From: Dehalococcoidia bacterium
Lineage (GTDB): Bacteria > Chloroflexota > Dehalococcoidia > Lucifugimonadales > CAUZJF01
Assembly (NCBI GenBank): GCA_965237635.1
Contig: CBDEFX010000002.1
Location: forward strand, 402,554-466,553
Reading direction: 5' to 3'
Length of the DNA stretch: 64,000 nt
The notes below the pieces were generated by a model. The model had not been told where the DNA came from and did no database searches. It saw only the letters and a list, made by a program, of their open reading frames with translations. A program made the position numbers and the translations under genes. Shown here one piece after another: positions 9,644 through 19,676 of this stretch (its first letter is position 1; each line of letters opens with the position of its first letter).

Positions 9644-10579
9644 TTAAGACAGCACGAGGGCTAAATTAAGAGAGTCTCCCACCCCTGCGCTAGGTTTCAC
9701 CAAGCCCGATGGCAGCCCTGCTTCTTCAGCTGCTGCTCCCCTTTCTTCCTGGCCATGTTGGTACACCTCTGCTGGGGTCCGGTAGCCCAAAGCCTGGTGA
9801 GGCCTCTGCCGGTTGTAGAACTCCAGGTAGGCATTGATCCCAGTTCGGGCCTCGGCGACGGTCTGGTAAGCTTTCAGATACACCTCCTCGTACTTGATGC
9901 TCCGCCACAGCCGCTCCACGAAGATGTTGTCCAGGTACCTACCCTTACCATCCATGCTGACCTGGACCCTCTGCTCCTGCAACGTCTGGGTAAAGGCCTC
10001 ACTGGTGAACTGACTCCCCTGGTCGGTGTTGAATATCTCCGGTCGTCCCTTACCCAGGGCTTCCTCCAACGCCGCCACGCAGAAGCTGGTGTCCATGGTG
10101 TTGGAGAGCTTCCAGGCCAGCACGTGCCGGCTGTGCCAGTCCATGATGGCCACCAGGTACAGGAAGCCCTTCGGCATGGGGATGTAGGTGATGTCCGCGG
10201 CCCAGACCTGGTCGACCCGATTAACCTCCACTCCCTTCAGCAGATAGGGAAAGATCCGGTGTCCCGGCGCTGGTTTGCTGGTGTTGGGACGCCGGTAGAT
10301 GGCTTCCAGACCCATCAACCGCATCAGCCTTCGAACCCTTTTTCGGCTCACCAGATAGCCCTGTTGCAGCAGCCAGGCCTTCATCTTCCTGGAGCCGTAG
10401 AAGGGGGTCTTCAAATACTGACGGTCCATCAGGGCCATCAACTCCAGGTCTTCTGCCCTGGTCGGTACCGACCGGTAGTACACCGAGGCCCGGCTGACGT
10501 CCAGCAGGATACATTGACGCACCAAAGACAGCTGCTGGTGGTCTCGGTCTATCATGGCTCGCCGTATGCTGCGACTCAT
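9644..10579 (-). CDS. IS3-family transposase OrfB (DDE integrase core)
   Basis: [46 protein letters not shown]. Confidence 0.95.
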   Translation of the reverse strand: MSRSIRRAMIDRDHQQLSLVRQCILLDVSRASVYYRSVPTRAEDLELMALMDRQYLKTPFYGSRKMKAWLLQQGYLVSRKRVRRLMRLMGLEAIYRRPNTSKPAPGHRIFPYLLKGVEVNRVDQVWAADITYIPMPKGFLYLVAIMDWHSRHVLAWKLSNTMDTSFCVAALEEALGKGRPEIFNTDQGSQFTSEAFTQTLQEQRVQVSMDGKGRYLDNIFVERLWRSIKYEEVYLKAYQTVAEARTGINAYLEFYNRQRPHQALGYRTPAEVYQHGQEERGAAAEEAGLPSGLVKPSAGVGDSLNLALVLS

Positions 10580-10875
10580 AGACCGGACCTTTCCGACAAA
10601 AAATCGCGTTCCACCTTCAGCTGGCCGATGTGCCGGTAGAGGTGGTTAATCTGAGCTTCCTTGGCTTTCTCCTGGGATTTCTGATTGGTGGCAAATAGCT
10701 CCGGGGCTCCTTCCGCCAGGGCCCTTTTCCAGGCGTGAATCTGACTGGGATGAACCTCAAATCGGCTGGCCAGCTGGGCGATGGTCTCTTCCCCCGCAAG
10801 GGCGGCCAAGGCCACCTTGGCCTTGAACGCCGGACTGTGCTTATTCCTCGTCTGCTTCATGTCCTGCTCCTCCAC
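10576..10875 (-). CDS. IS3-family OrfA (HTH)
   Basis: [34 protein letters not shown]. An in-phase T TTT TTG slippery heptamer before the stop leads into the OrfB frame at -1. Confidence 0.9.
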   Translation of the reverse strand: MEEQDMKQTRNKHSPAFKAKVALAALAGEETIAQLASRFEVHPSQIHAWKRALAEGAPELFATNQKSQEKAKEAQINHLYRHIGQLKVERDFLSERSGL

Positions 10876-10919
10876 GTCGGTTAGTTGCCGGTTATTTTAG
10901 GAGCTGGACTCTCTCTTAG

Positions 10920-12622
10920 CCCGAATCCACCGAAGGACACCGATGGACGGCGTGAGGACAGCGGAAGGGGGTGGGTGAGGGAGCTACAGGGGAGATGGCC
11001 TGGGGTTGGGGTAGATGGGAGGCTGGCGGACGGTCTTCAGTCGCCGCACAGGGCCCCTAAGGCCCTATGCAGGAGTTGCGATGCGCGGGAATGGCGAGAG
11101 GATACGCAGCAGGGGACTCTCGCGACCGGGGTGGCGCGAGATTGCGGGGACGTTGAGTCAGTTGCAGGCTGGCCGTCAGGCCGGGAACGGAATGGCTTGC
11201 AGCCGGGCCAAGGCGCGACTGAACTGGGTTTCCCAAGGCCAGCGCCGGGGGAGATGCAAAGTGAGGCGGCGCGCCGAGCGGGTGATCCGTCCCACCAGAG
11301 CGAAGACCCGCCGCCTGAGGGTCTTGGTGATCACGGTCCGCTCGCCCAGACCAATCCGCGCCGTCCAGCGGGCGAGGTTATGCGCCATCACCTGGACCGC
11401 CAGCCAGGCGCCGTTGGCGGCGAAGCGCGCCGACGGCATGTGGTTCAGCCCGACGCCGTACTTGAGGTCGCGTATGGCGTTTTCGACCTCGGCGTGGCGG
11501 CGATGATCGGCCTCCAGTTCCAGCGTCTCCCCATCGCGGTCGGTGATGAAGGCGTGATAGCTGTATCTGGCGAAGAGGGCGAGCTGGGAACCGGGCGTCG
11601 GCTTCACCCGCCGGACAATGAGCCGCACCGGCGCGGCGTCCGGCTTGGTCTGGAACGGGGTGTAAGTCGTCTCGGCAACATCGGCGGCGCCGTCCATCCA
11701 GTAGGGAATGGGAGTCCAGTCCTCCTCTGGTATCGCCTCGATCAGGTCCCGCAGGCTGGCGTGCTGGCGGATGGTGATAGAGAAGCGGACATCCATTTCC
11801 CGGCAGGCGGCAACGACAGTGTGGGCGTAGAAGCCGCTGTCGGCCCGCACCGTGAGTTGTCCCCTGGCCCCGCCGTAGCGCACCCGCCCCACCGTCTCAC
11901 GCAAGAAGTGGGCGGCGCCACGGGCGGTGTTGGCCCGGCCCTCGCGCAGCCGGGACATCAGCACCTCGCCGGTGCCGGCGGCAATGGCCAGCAGCGGGTG
12001 ATAGCCGCGGGCGCCGGTATAGCCGTGGTGGCGCGCTCCCTCCTTGGCCAGTCCATAGGTCTCGCAGATGGTCGAGTCCAGGTCGATGGTCAGGGGCGAG
12101 TCGCCGGGTCCGGCCCCAGCGGCCCAGGCCCGGGCCAACAACTGGCGGCTCACGCGGTCGAGTTGACGGACATGCCCCCACCGGAAGCTGCGCAGGAAGG
12201 TCCCCAGGGTGGATGGCGCCTTGACCACGCAGCCTAGAACACCGACCGTCCCACCAGCGCGCAGCGCATCGGCGTCGTCGATGCAGTCGCCGCCTGCCAG
12301 CGCGGAAGCGACCAGCGTCAGCATCTTGTCCCCAGTGTTCGCCCGTCCCGGCGCGCCGCCCAGGTCAAGGTGATGGTCGACGAGTTCTCGCAGGCCCAGG
12401 TGCCGGGCTAGGGTGGCCGGCAGGAGCAGGCCGGCATTGGCCACCAGGCGATGGTCGTCAAAGAGGATGCGGATACGGTCGGGTTTGTTCTGTGGCAGCA
12501 TCTATTGGGTGCTCCTTGTTTCCGGGCGGGTTTCTGTTCCAAAACCATTATCCCAGATTTAGAGGAGCACCCGCTGGCTTCTTCAAGGGCTGTCCCCAAG
12601 GCCGTCCTTCGGTGGATTCGGG
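10920..12622 (-). mobile_element. IS1380-family element, copy 1
   Basis: IR CCCGAATCCACCGAAGGA; 5-bp TSD CTTAG at 10915-10919 and 12623-12627. Confidence 0.92.
11176..12501 (-). CDS. IS1380-family transposase
   Basis: TIDLDST, GYHPL, VRADSGFY, HRRHAEVENAIRDLK. Confidence 0.93.
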   Translation of the reverse strand: MLPQNKPDRIRILFDDHRLVANAGLLLPATLARHLGLRELVDHHLDLGGAPGRANTGDKMLTLVASALAGGDCIDDADALRAGGTVGVLGCVVKAPSTLGTFLRSFRWGHVRQLDRVSRQLLARAWAAGAGPGDSPLTIDLDSTICETYGLAKEGARHHGYTGARGYHPLLAIAAGTGEVLMSRLREGRANTARGAAHFLRETVGRVRYGGARGQLTVRADSGFYAHTVVAACREMDVRFSITIRQHASLRDLIEAIPEEDWTPIPYWMDGAADVAETTYTPFQTKPDAAPVRLIVRRVKPTPGSQLALFARYSYHAFITDRDGETLELEADHRRHAEVENAIRDLKYGVGLNHMPSARFAANGAWLAVQVMAHNLARWTARIGLGERTVITKTLRRRVFALVGRITRSARRLTLHLPRRWPWETQFSRALARLQAIPFPA

Positions 12623-12818
12623 CTTAGCCAGTTGTCTAGTTTTTGGGTACCACCTCAGTGGGCATTTTTGGTTCTCCTCTTCACCAGTGATGATTGCCAA
12701 GAACGTCCATTCCGTAGCTGTCGGATCACTGCAACAGATAAGAAACGCCACTGCCAAACCGGGCGTCTATGCCTACCGGGGTCAGTCTAGGGCAGAGTGG
12801 CCCTTGCATTCGGCAGCT

Positions 12819-12832
12819 ACTCGCCGTCTGAC
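12819..12832 (-). other. Candidate attR of the 12.8-30.2 kb island
   Basis: Minus strand GTCAGACGGCGAGT matches the att left arm GTCAGACGGGGAGT at 39309 and 42960 at 13/14 positions. Confidence 0.5.
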
Positions 12833-13008
12833 TAAGAGACTGGGGGACAATGCCTTGACTGCCACAGGCTGAAGGCTGTCCTGGTGGGTGCGGGAGGCGT
12901 TGGAGCGGGAGCTACAGTCGGGTGCAGGCTCGGCTGCGGCCCGGCAACGGAAGCGCAACGACTCCCTGGAGGGTCGCATTGAGGGTGGGAAGGGAAGCTC
13001 CGAAGCGG

Positions 13009-13737
13009 TCACAGGGGAAGCGTCCGCCCTGCCTCCCGCAGGTGTCGGCGACGCTGCTGCGCATCCGGCATCGCCTTGGCCACCAGGCCCCAGAAGTCCG
13101 TCGAGTGGTTCTGATGGGTCAGGTGCGCCAACTCGTGGACGACGACGTATTCGATGAGGGCCTGCTCCAGCATCATGGTGCGCCAGTTGAAGCGCAGCGT
13201 GCCGTCGGGCGCGCAGCTGCCCCAGCGTTGGCGCTGGTCGCGGACGAGTATCTGCGACTTCTCTCCGCGACCGAGCCGGGGCCACCAAAGGTCAACAGCG
13301 TTCGGCAGCCGCTCGGCAGCCCGGTCCCGATACCATCCGACGACTGCACGGCGAATCGGCTCGTAGCGTTCGAGGCCGCTCAGGGTCTTCGGTACTGTGA
13401 CTCGGAAGCGCCAGTGGTCGAAGCGTACCATAGGCGAACGTATGTCCGCGGTATCGACGATCATGCGGACGTTGCGCCCCGAGTACGGCAGGGTCTCGCC
13501 GCTGACGAAGCGCTTCGGCGCGGCTTCCAGCATCTCCCCAGACGCATGGCTGAGGATCCAGGGCGCCCGCTTGCGAACGATGGCCCGTAGCTCGCTGTCC
13601 GGCGTCGTCATGGGTGCAGCAACCTGCACACCGCCACCGTCCGTCGTGATCTGGACCGTCTTCTTACGCCGTTCGCTGCGACGCACCTCGTAGTCTATGG
13701 CCGTGTTGCCGAAGCGGATACGGCCCCGTTCGTTCAC
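13009..13737 (-). CDS. M48/YgjP-like (DUF45) metalloprotease associated with type I R-M
   Basis: QRWGSC, LRFNWR, YVVVHELAHL; overlaps the hsdR stop. Confidence 0.88.
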   Translation of the reverse strand: MNERGRIRFGNTAIDYEVRRSERRKKTVQITTDGGGVQVAAPMTTPDSELRAIVRKRAPWILSHASGEMLEAAPKRFVSGETLPYSGRNVRMIVDTADIRSPMVRFDHWRFRVTVPKTLSGLERYEPIRRAVVGWYRDRAAERLPNAVDLWWPRLGRGEKSQILVRDQRQRWGSCAPDGTLRFNWRTMMLEQALIEYVVVHELAHLTHQNHSTDFWGLVAKAMPDAQQRRRHLREAGRTLPL

Positions 13738-16700
13738 TGCCCACTCCTCCGACGGGCCAGCTCGACGATCCGGTTCGTCAACTCCTCCAGCTGCTCTTCG
13801 GTGTAGTCGTCCGTGGGCCTGAGCTCCCGCTTGATGTCGCGGCGCATCTCCCGCAGGACCTCCAGATTCGACTGCCAGTCGACGACGGCGTTGTGGTGGT
13901 TGACCACCGACTCAACACTACGTGCGACGCGCTTGATCCCTTCGTCGAAGTGCGCCCGGTACGGAGTCTGCTCCTCGCCTATGGCCGAGTCGGTAGCTGG
14001 CTCATCTGAGCGGCCGTCGAGCAGTTCATAGATGGCGAAGGACACCGGAGACAGGCCATGTTCTGCGGCAATGTCAGCTTCGCTCTGAGCATGATGCCGT
14101 AGCAGAGCAAGGCGGCGGCATGCTTCCGCCGAGTCTATCAGCCGGTTCCGAAGGTCTTCGATGATGCGTGCAAGCTGCGCCGAGAGTTTCTCGAAGAACA
14201 CAGGGTTGTCGGCCAAGCGGTCATGTATCTGAGCCCGGATCGCGTGCTCCATGATCGAGGCACGGGCCTCGTCGTGCGGCAGTGCGGCGATCTTCTGCTC
14301 GAAGTCCTGGTCGAGTATCGACACCGGCCTCATTAGCTCCCGCACCTGGGCGCTTATGCGCTCGTCCACCAGCCTCTTTACCTTCGCCCCGATCTCTGTC
14401 CAGTCCGCGTCGGCGTCCTCGCGAAGGAACTGAGCCCGGACGTAGGCCCGTATCTCCGTGAGCCGCGCGAGCCGGTCCGTGTAGTCCAGTGCTCGCGGGT
14501 CGGGCAGGAAGCGGTCCATGAGGAGGGAGAACCGGCGGTAGTCCGCGTTGAACCGCTCGAACAGATCGGCCTTGAAGTTGCCCTCGGTCAAGGCGTCGGG
14601 AGCGAAGACGCTGACGCACGCCCAGGTATCCCTCAGGTCGCGGCTCTTGAAGTGGGATTCCGTCTGGACGGCGGCCGCCTCGATGACCGGTGCCGGGTCC
14701 TCGTCCATCTCGCGCATCGTGTCCTGCACGTCAGGCCAGTCGAAGGTCGAGAGCGCATCCTCCAGGTCTCGCGAGACGCCGTGGTAGTCGATGACCAGGC
14801 CATGGGTCTTGTCGGTGGGCACCCCGTCCTGCTCGTGAGAGAAGCGCCGGTTCACCCGGGCGATAGCCTGGAGCAGCCCGTGTTCCCGCAGCGCCCGGTC
14901 TAGGTACAGCGCCTGCTCCACCGGCGCGTCGAAGCCAGTAAGCAGCATGTCGACCACGACGAGCACCTCCGGCTCCCCCTCCGGATCGACGAAGGCGTTG
15001 ACGACCTGCTCCTGGTCGAGCTCGCGGGCCACCTTGAACTCCGGCCCGTCGTTGGGAGCAGCCGTGATGATGGGATAGGCGCGCAGTCCGAAGCTGTTCA
15101 GGCGCTCGGCGTAGCGCAGCGCGGCGGCCCGACTCGGCGCGACGATTTGCGCCTTGAACCCATTGGGCCGCACCTTCCCCTTGAAGTGCTCGGCGATGTC
15201 CAGGGAGATCATCTCGATGCGCCGCTCCGCCTCGGCGACCGTCTCCTTGTTGGCGTAGCGGCGACGAATCTGCGCCTGGACCTCGGGCGGCTCGTCGCCA
15301 AACATAGCCTCGTACAGCCTGTCCAGGGTCTCCGGCCCCTCGACGGCGAGCTCGGGCAGCCGCGCCTCGTACCAGATGGGCACAGTTGCGCCGTCGGCTA
15401 CCGACTGCGGGATGGTGTAGGCGTCGATGAGGGGACCGAAGCGCCCTATGGTGTTGCGCTTGAAGTCCTTTTCTATCGGCGTGCCGGTGAAGCCCACCAT
15501 CACCGCATTGGGCAGGGCCTTGGACATGCGCCCGCCGAGAATGCCGTACTGCGTGCGGTGGGCCTCGTCCACCATGACGATGACGTTCTCCGAGGCGTTG
15601 AGCACGTCAAGCTCGCCTTCGGGGGCCGTCAACGCCTCCGCGAACTTCTGGATGGTCGTCATCACCGTACGGCTGCCGCCTTCCTTTAGGACGCCCTGCA
15701 AGTCGAGAGGGTCGCGTTGATCCGGCCTTTGCATCCGGCGGCGCGCTCGGCGTTCGGGCCGCTCAGGGCGCGACCTGTCCATTCTCTCTGGCGCAGGAAA
15801 GCCGCAGCGCTCGAAGGTGCCGGCGATCTGCCGGTCCAACTGCCTCCGGTCAGTTGCCACCACGATGGTGGGATTGCTCAAGCGAGGCTCGCGGCGTAGC
15901 TTCGTCGCCAGCCACAGCATCGTCAGCGACTTGCCCGATCCCTGCGTGTGCCAGACAACGCCTCCCCGCTCCTCCGGCTTGCGGCCCGATAGGAGGCGGT
16001 CCAGGGCCGCACGGACGGCGCGGTACTGTTGGTAACGGGGCAGCTTCTTCACCAGCCGCCCCCGCTCCGGCTCGTAGACCACGTAGTCGCGGAGAATGTC
16101 CAGCAGGGTCGCCGGGGACAGCAGGCCCACGATGAGCTGCGCCTGTCCCTGCGGCTCGACGCGGAAGCGCTGCTGAACCTCATCCTCGGTGTACGGCAGC
16201 ACCGATTTCCACTCAAAGTAGGCGTTCTCCGGCGCGCCGAGGGTGGCGTAGGCTGAGGCGGCCCCGCAGTGGGCCACGCACAGCAAGTTGTAGTGGAACA
16301 GCTCCGGCGCGCCGCTGCCGTGCCACTCCGGTCCCGCCTCCTGGTAGCGACGAAGCTGGCGTACCGCCTGCGATCTCCATACGTCGAGCAGTGACGGAGA
16401 CTTGGCCTCCATCACCACCAAGGGGACGCCGTTGACGAACAGCACAAGATCGGGAATGACCATGCGCTCGTCGTCGTCAGCGCCGCCTCGCTCGTTGCCT
16501 CGCCGTACGCGGAACTGCGTTGTGACGACGAACTCGTTCAGGCCGCCCTCCGCTTGGTCGAAGTCGAAGAAGCGGACGGTGCGAGAGTCCCTGCCCCTCG
16601 GCCCGTCCACGGTCAGGGGCATCCCGTAGGTCAGGTACTCGTGGACCGACTGGTTGCGGGCCATGCCCGTGGAGTCGACGTGCTCCAGCTCAAAGACGGC

Positions 16701-16910
16701 TCGCTCCGCCTGCTCCTCCGTCATCCATTCGTTAAGCCGCATCAGCGCGGCCCGCAGCCGTCCCTTCAGCAGGACCTCCCGCTCATCGCCGCGCTCCGCC
16801 GCCAGCGCCTCGCGGGGCACGTAGGTCCACCCCAGACGCTCCAGCAGCAGCCGCGCCGGGTCCTCGGCGTGGTTGAACTCGTTGAGTTTGGAGGCGGTAA
16901 CCATTGTCAT
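13734..16910 (-). CDS. hsdR: Type I restriction endonuclease subunit R
   Basis: PDLVLFVNGVPLVVMEAK nuclease motif, HTQGSGKS, VDEAHR, GFTGTP, VVDMLLTGFDAP, QAIARVNR. Confidence 0.95.
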   Translation of the reverse strand: MTMVTASKLNEFNHAEDPARLLLERLGWTYVPREALAAERGDEREVLLKGRLRAALMRLNEWMTEEQAERAVFELEHVDSTGMARNQSVHEYLTYGMPLTVDGPRGRDSRTVRFFDFDQAEGGLNEFVVTTQFRVRRGNERGGADDDERMVIPDLVLFVNGVPLVVMEAKSPSLLDVWRSQAVRQLRRYQEAGPEWHGSGAPELFHYNLLCVAHCGAASAYATLGAPENAYFEWKSVLPYTEDEVQQRFRVEPQGQAQLIVGLLSPATLLDILRDYVVYEPERGRLVKKLPRYQQYRAVRAALDRLLSGRKPEERGGVVWHTQGSGKSLTMLWLATKLRREPRLSNPTIVVATDRRQLDRQIAGTFERCGFPAPERMDRSRPERPERRARRRMQRPDQRDPLDLQGVLKEGGSRTVMTTIQKFAEALTAPEGELDVLNASENVIVMVDEAHRTQYGILGGRMSKALPNAVMVGFTGTPIEKDFKRNTIGRFGPLIDAYTIPQSVADGATVPIWYEARLPELAVEGPETLDRLYEAMFGDEPPEVQAQIRRRYANKETVAEAERRIEMISLDIAEHFKGKVRPNGFKAQIVAPSRAAALRYAERLNSFGLRAYPIITAAPNDGPEFKVARELDQEQVVNAFVDPEGEPEVLVVVDMLLTGFDAPVEQALYLDRALREHGLLQAIARVNRRFSHEQDGVPTDKTHGLVIDYHGVSRDLEDALSTFDWPDVQDTMREMDEDPAPVIEAAAVQTESHFKSRDLRDTWACVSVFAPDALTEGNFKADLFERFNADYRRFSLLMDRFLPDPRALDYTDRLARLTEIRAYVRAQFLREDADADWTEIGAKVKRLVDERISAQVRELMRPVSILDQDFEQKIAALPHDEARASIMEHAIRAQIHDRLADNPVFFEKLSAQLARIIEDLRNRLIDSAEACRRLALLRHHAQSEADIAAEHGLSPVSFAIYELLDGRSDEPATDSAIGEEQTPYRAHFDEGIKRVARSVESVVNHHNAVVDWQSNLEVLREMRRDIKRELRPTDDYTEEQLEELTNRIVELARRRSGQ

Positions 16911-17815
16911 TACGAGAAGATCGCGATCGGGATTACCTGGATTGCTGGCCCCTGAATCTCAGTGGATGAATCTCCGGAATAACCCGGCTCGTTAGCAAAT
17001 TGGCTCATTGCTTCTTGAATGGTCGGCAAAAAGGTCCTAAATTGTCCAAGTGGGGTCTTCCTCAGAAGGTCGATGTTCTCGTCGTTGGGTTCTGGGATGA
17101 CGCGGCTAGCCTTACCGAAAACGCGGAATGTTCCGTCGATGACGTCATTCATCGTAGGATCATTGAAGTATTGCTGCTCCGTGGTGATGATCACATTAAT
17201 GTCACCGATTCTGGAGACGAGGTCCCGGGATTCACCACTTGTTAATGCTTTCACCAATGAGTTGACCTGCTTAAGCACAGTAGAGTTCGCGCTCTTGCCT
17301 TGCTTGCGCTGACGGGGACCCTTCGGTGCTGTCGGTTCTTCGAAGGCGCTCATTAGTGGAACAAGTTCAGCGAACGCCGATAATTGAACCAGAAATTGAT
17401 TCCGCCGAAGAGTCGCTTCAAATTCCACAAAGTCGCTGGGGCGAACCCCGCCAAGGCCGGATGGGTCTAATAGATCGGTCACCAGGCCACGATTACGCAA
17501 ATCTCTTCGCAGGCGAGCGAACAATGATGCCGGTGTATGGATAATTTCTTCCGTAGTGCTCTCACTCTGCGCCTGCCCCGTTTGTCGAGACCCACGTCCA
17601 CCGAATTTCATTCCAAACAAAGTGAGGTTGGCTCCAACCTGTGCTTCCCCAGAAACTTCTGTCGATTTCTCTCCAGAGGAAGTAGTCTGCACGGTTGAGA
17701 AGCGTGAGAATCCGTCTTCCAGTGTTGCAAGGATATCGAACGTCACTTGTTGATTCAGGTATAATGCAATAGGCAGGTCAGTGACAACGAGTTGGGATTC
17801 CTCTTTATTGGCCAT
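16910..17815 (-). CDS. Hypothetical protein (DUF6414-like) inside the hsd operon
   Basis: 301 aa; IALYLNQQVTFDILATLEDG start and IPIAIF end resemble DUF6414 as I recall it. Visibly more AT-rich than its neighbours. Confidence 0.65.
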   Translation of the reverse strand: MANKEESQLVVTDLPIALYLNQQVTFDILATLEDGFSRFSTVQTTSSGEKSTEVSGEAQVGANLTLFGMKFGGRGSRQTGQAQSESTTEEIIHTPASLFARLRRDLRNRGLVTDLLDPSGLGGVRPSDFVEFEATLRRNQFLVQLSAFAELVPLMSAFEEPTAPKGPRQRKQGKSANSTVLKQVNSLVKALTSGESRDLVSRIGDINVIITTEQQYFNDPTMNDVIDGTFRVFGKASRVIPEPNDENIDLLRKTPLGQFRTFLPTIQEAMSQFANEPGYSGDSSTEIQGPAIQVIPIAIFS

Positions 17816-19088
17816 GAATTCCCTTCCCCACTTCTACCCGCACACGCCCCGACAGCAGCGCGGCTGCGGTGGATGCCTTCAGTGACCGCAGTCGATTCCA
17901 CTCAGTCCTGTTCTCTTCGATAGCCTTGTGAAGAGACTTTCCAACATCGGCAATCGTGTTGCGCTCCGACGACGACGGGAAAGCAACCCGCGCATGGCTC
18001 ACGTTAATCAGACTCAGACCAGGCCTGGTCTGACCGTAAGCCATCCCTCTGAACTGGTTCTGACCAGCCAAGCCTCTTAAGAACTCGCAGGCAAAGTCAC
18101 TTAGCCCTGGGTCGTTGAGCCTCACTAGCGCCACATGCTGACTCACGTAAGCTTGGCATAGCGTGTCTCCTGCCACCGTTACCTTACCGGGTTCGCCGGT
18201 GATTGAAACAAGAAGGTCGCCCCTGTGGATGCGAGTTCGTGCGGCTTCGGCATCTACGGGGGGCTGAACAAAGATTGCGTCAGACCTATCAATCGTGCCA
18301 CCCGAAATGTTCTGACTCCGAACAAAGAACGCACCGTTGGGCCTGAAGTACTGGGACCATGCCCTTGAACCACTCGTGATAGTCTGTGCCACATCCTCCA
18401 GCCGCACCACCTCCCACCCCGCTGGTATCGTCCCAATGCCCGGCACATCCTTCCATTGGGTGTGCCAACCGGGGACGCCGCGGGTGAGCAGTTGGTGCAG
18501 CAGGGCGTTGCGCAGACATTCGGTGGCCGTGATGACCGCCTCCACACCCTCGATGGTCTCGTCGATGGAGTCCAGCACGGCGGCGATGGCCTGCTGCTCC
18601 GGCAGGGGCGGGAGGAGAAGTGGGAAAGCAAGGTAGCCAGCGTAGTCTAGGTTGCGGATGCCCGTAGTTTGATGCTGTAATCGTGTAGTTACCCCTTGCA
18701 AGTAGCGGTGCCAGAGTGCCCGGGCTACGTAGAAGGGGCTACAACGTGAAGCGTCCACCCGGAGGTGTTGACAGAAATTATTGCAGTACACGGGGCCGAA
18801 CCCATCTATTATCGCAACACGCCCGACGGGCGTTCCAGGACCGCCGCCACTCCGTTCTAGAATGAGGTCCCCATCGCGCATCAGTCGGCGTTCTCGGTCA
18901 CGATCTGAAAGTCGTCGCCATGCGGCAGCTTCCGGATTAACTCGACCATCCCTCGTAAGATCAGTGGCTCTGAGCACTCGTACGCCAGGATCGTCAGGTG
19001 ATGGCTCGTCCCCCCAAGCACCAGGTTGATTAAGGACCAAGATGTCCCCTAAGCGCACCACCTGCCATCCATCCGGCACTTGCATCAA
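17805..19088 (-). CDS. hsdS: Type I restriction specificity subunit S
   Basis: VPDGWQVVRLGD, two TRDs, central LPPLPEQQAIAAVLDSID...IPAGWEVVRLEDV, C-terminal LKAS...LLSG. Confidence 0.93.
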   Translation of the reverse strand: MMQVPDGWQVVRLGDILVLNQPGAWGDEPSPDDPGVRVLRATDLTRDGRVNPEAAAWRRLSDRDRERRLMRDGDLILERSGGGPGTPVGRVAIIDGFGPVYCNNFCQHLRVDASRCSPFYVARALWHRYLQGVTTRLQHQTTGIRNLDYAGYLAFPLLLPPLPEQQAIAAVLDSIDETIEGVEAVITATECLRNALLHQLLTRGVPGWHTQWKDVPGIGTIPAGWEVVRLEDVAQTITSGSRAWSQYFRPNGAFFVRSQNISGGTIDRSDAIFVQPPVDAEAARTRIHRGDLLVSITGEPGKVTVAGDTLCQAYVSQHVALVRLNDPGLSDFACEFLRGLAGQNQFRGMAYGQTRPGLSLINVSHARVAFPSSSERNTIADVGKSLHKAIEENRTEWNRLRSLKASTAAALLSGRVRVEVGKGIHGQ

Positions 19089-19444
19089 CTGCTCCGCTGG
19101 TCTCCACTGTCGGTGCCCCGCAGCGCATCAAGTGTCACCCCTCGGCCTGCCTGTTTCGCTTCGAGCCACCGCTGGAGAGACTTCTGACTCTCACTGGATG
19201 GCCTGCCCGCAAGCAACCCCTCCACGCTGACGTCCTCGTCTAGGTCGGGCCAGTGGATGCCCTGGCCTCCGCCTATGAGCCGCCAGTTGGCCTTCTCTTC
19301 CTCCGTGGCATTCACCAGCCTGGGGTACCAGGCCAACGGGACCGAGATGGTCCGGCCATCGGAAAGCTCGGCGGTCAACGTGTCCTCGGTGACAGTCACG
19401 TCTTCCGCATCCGGGACCCTTACCTCAACCATCGAAATATTCAT
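19085..19444 (-). CDS. DUF2442 protein (putative TA partner)
   Basis: LSDGRTISVPLAWYPRL...GQGIHWPDLDEDVSVEGLL. Confidence 0.88.
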   Translation of the reverse strand: MNISMVEVRVPDAEDVTVTEDTLTAELSDGRTISVPLAWYPRLVNATEEEKANWRLIGGGQGIHWPDLDEDVSVEGLLAGRPSSESQKSLQRWLEAKQAGRGVTLDALRGTDSGDQRSS

Positions 19445-19661
19445 GCCACGCCTCCACGAACAACGTTTGGTTCTCCCCAATTATCCTCGCAATTCGGCCT
19501 ATCTCAGAGCGCCTCAGTCCGCCGCTCCTCTGAAGCCTCACCGGGTCCAGCCAGAACTTGGCGACCCGGTCGTCACGCTCAACATGCACATGTAGCGGCT
19601 CCTCCCGGTCACTTGCATAGAAGAAGAAGCGATACGGCCCCTCTCTCAGTATCGTCGGCAT
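19425..19661 (-). CDS. DUF4160 protein (putative TA partner)
   Basis: MPTILREGPYRFFFYASDREEPLHVHVER...AKFWL...AWHEYF. Confidence 0.88.
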   Translation of the reverse strand: MPTILREGPYRFFFYASDREEPLHVHVERDDRVAKFWLDPVRLQRSGGLRRSEIGRIARIIGENQTLFVEAWHEYFDG

Positions 19662-19676
19662 CGCTCACCTGCGACC

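Larger units (their letters stand above)
9627..12657 (-). mobile_element. IS3-family element copy 1 (1323 bp) carrying an IS1380 insertion
   Basis: IRs TGAGGTGGTACCCA / TAAGGTGGACCCCA. Removing 10920-12622 plus one TSD gives 1323 bp, matching copy 2. Confidence 0.92.

Noticed and set aside
10885-12237. Long antisense ORFs over transposases (also 9755-10639, 22575-23261, 31187-31972, 33535-34419, 44103-44765)
   Set aside because: Shadow ORFs of GC-rich coding sequence with no recognisable motifs.
15700-15790. Arg-rich insertion in HsdR
   Set aside because: In frame, in a probable loop between helicase motifs; nothing supports a separate element.
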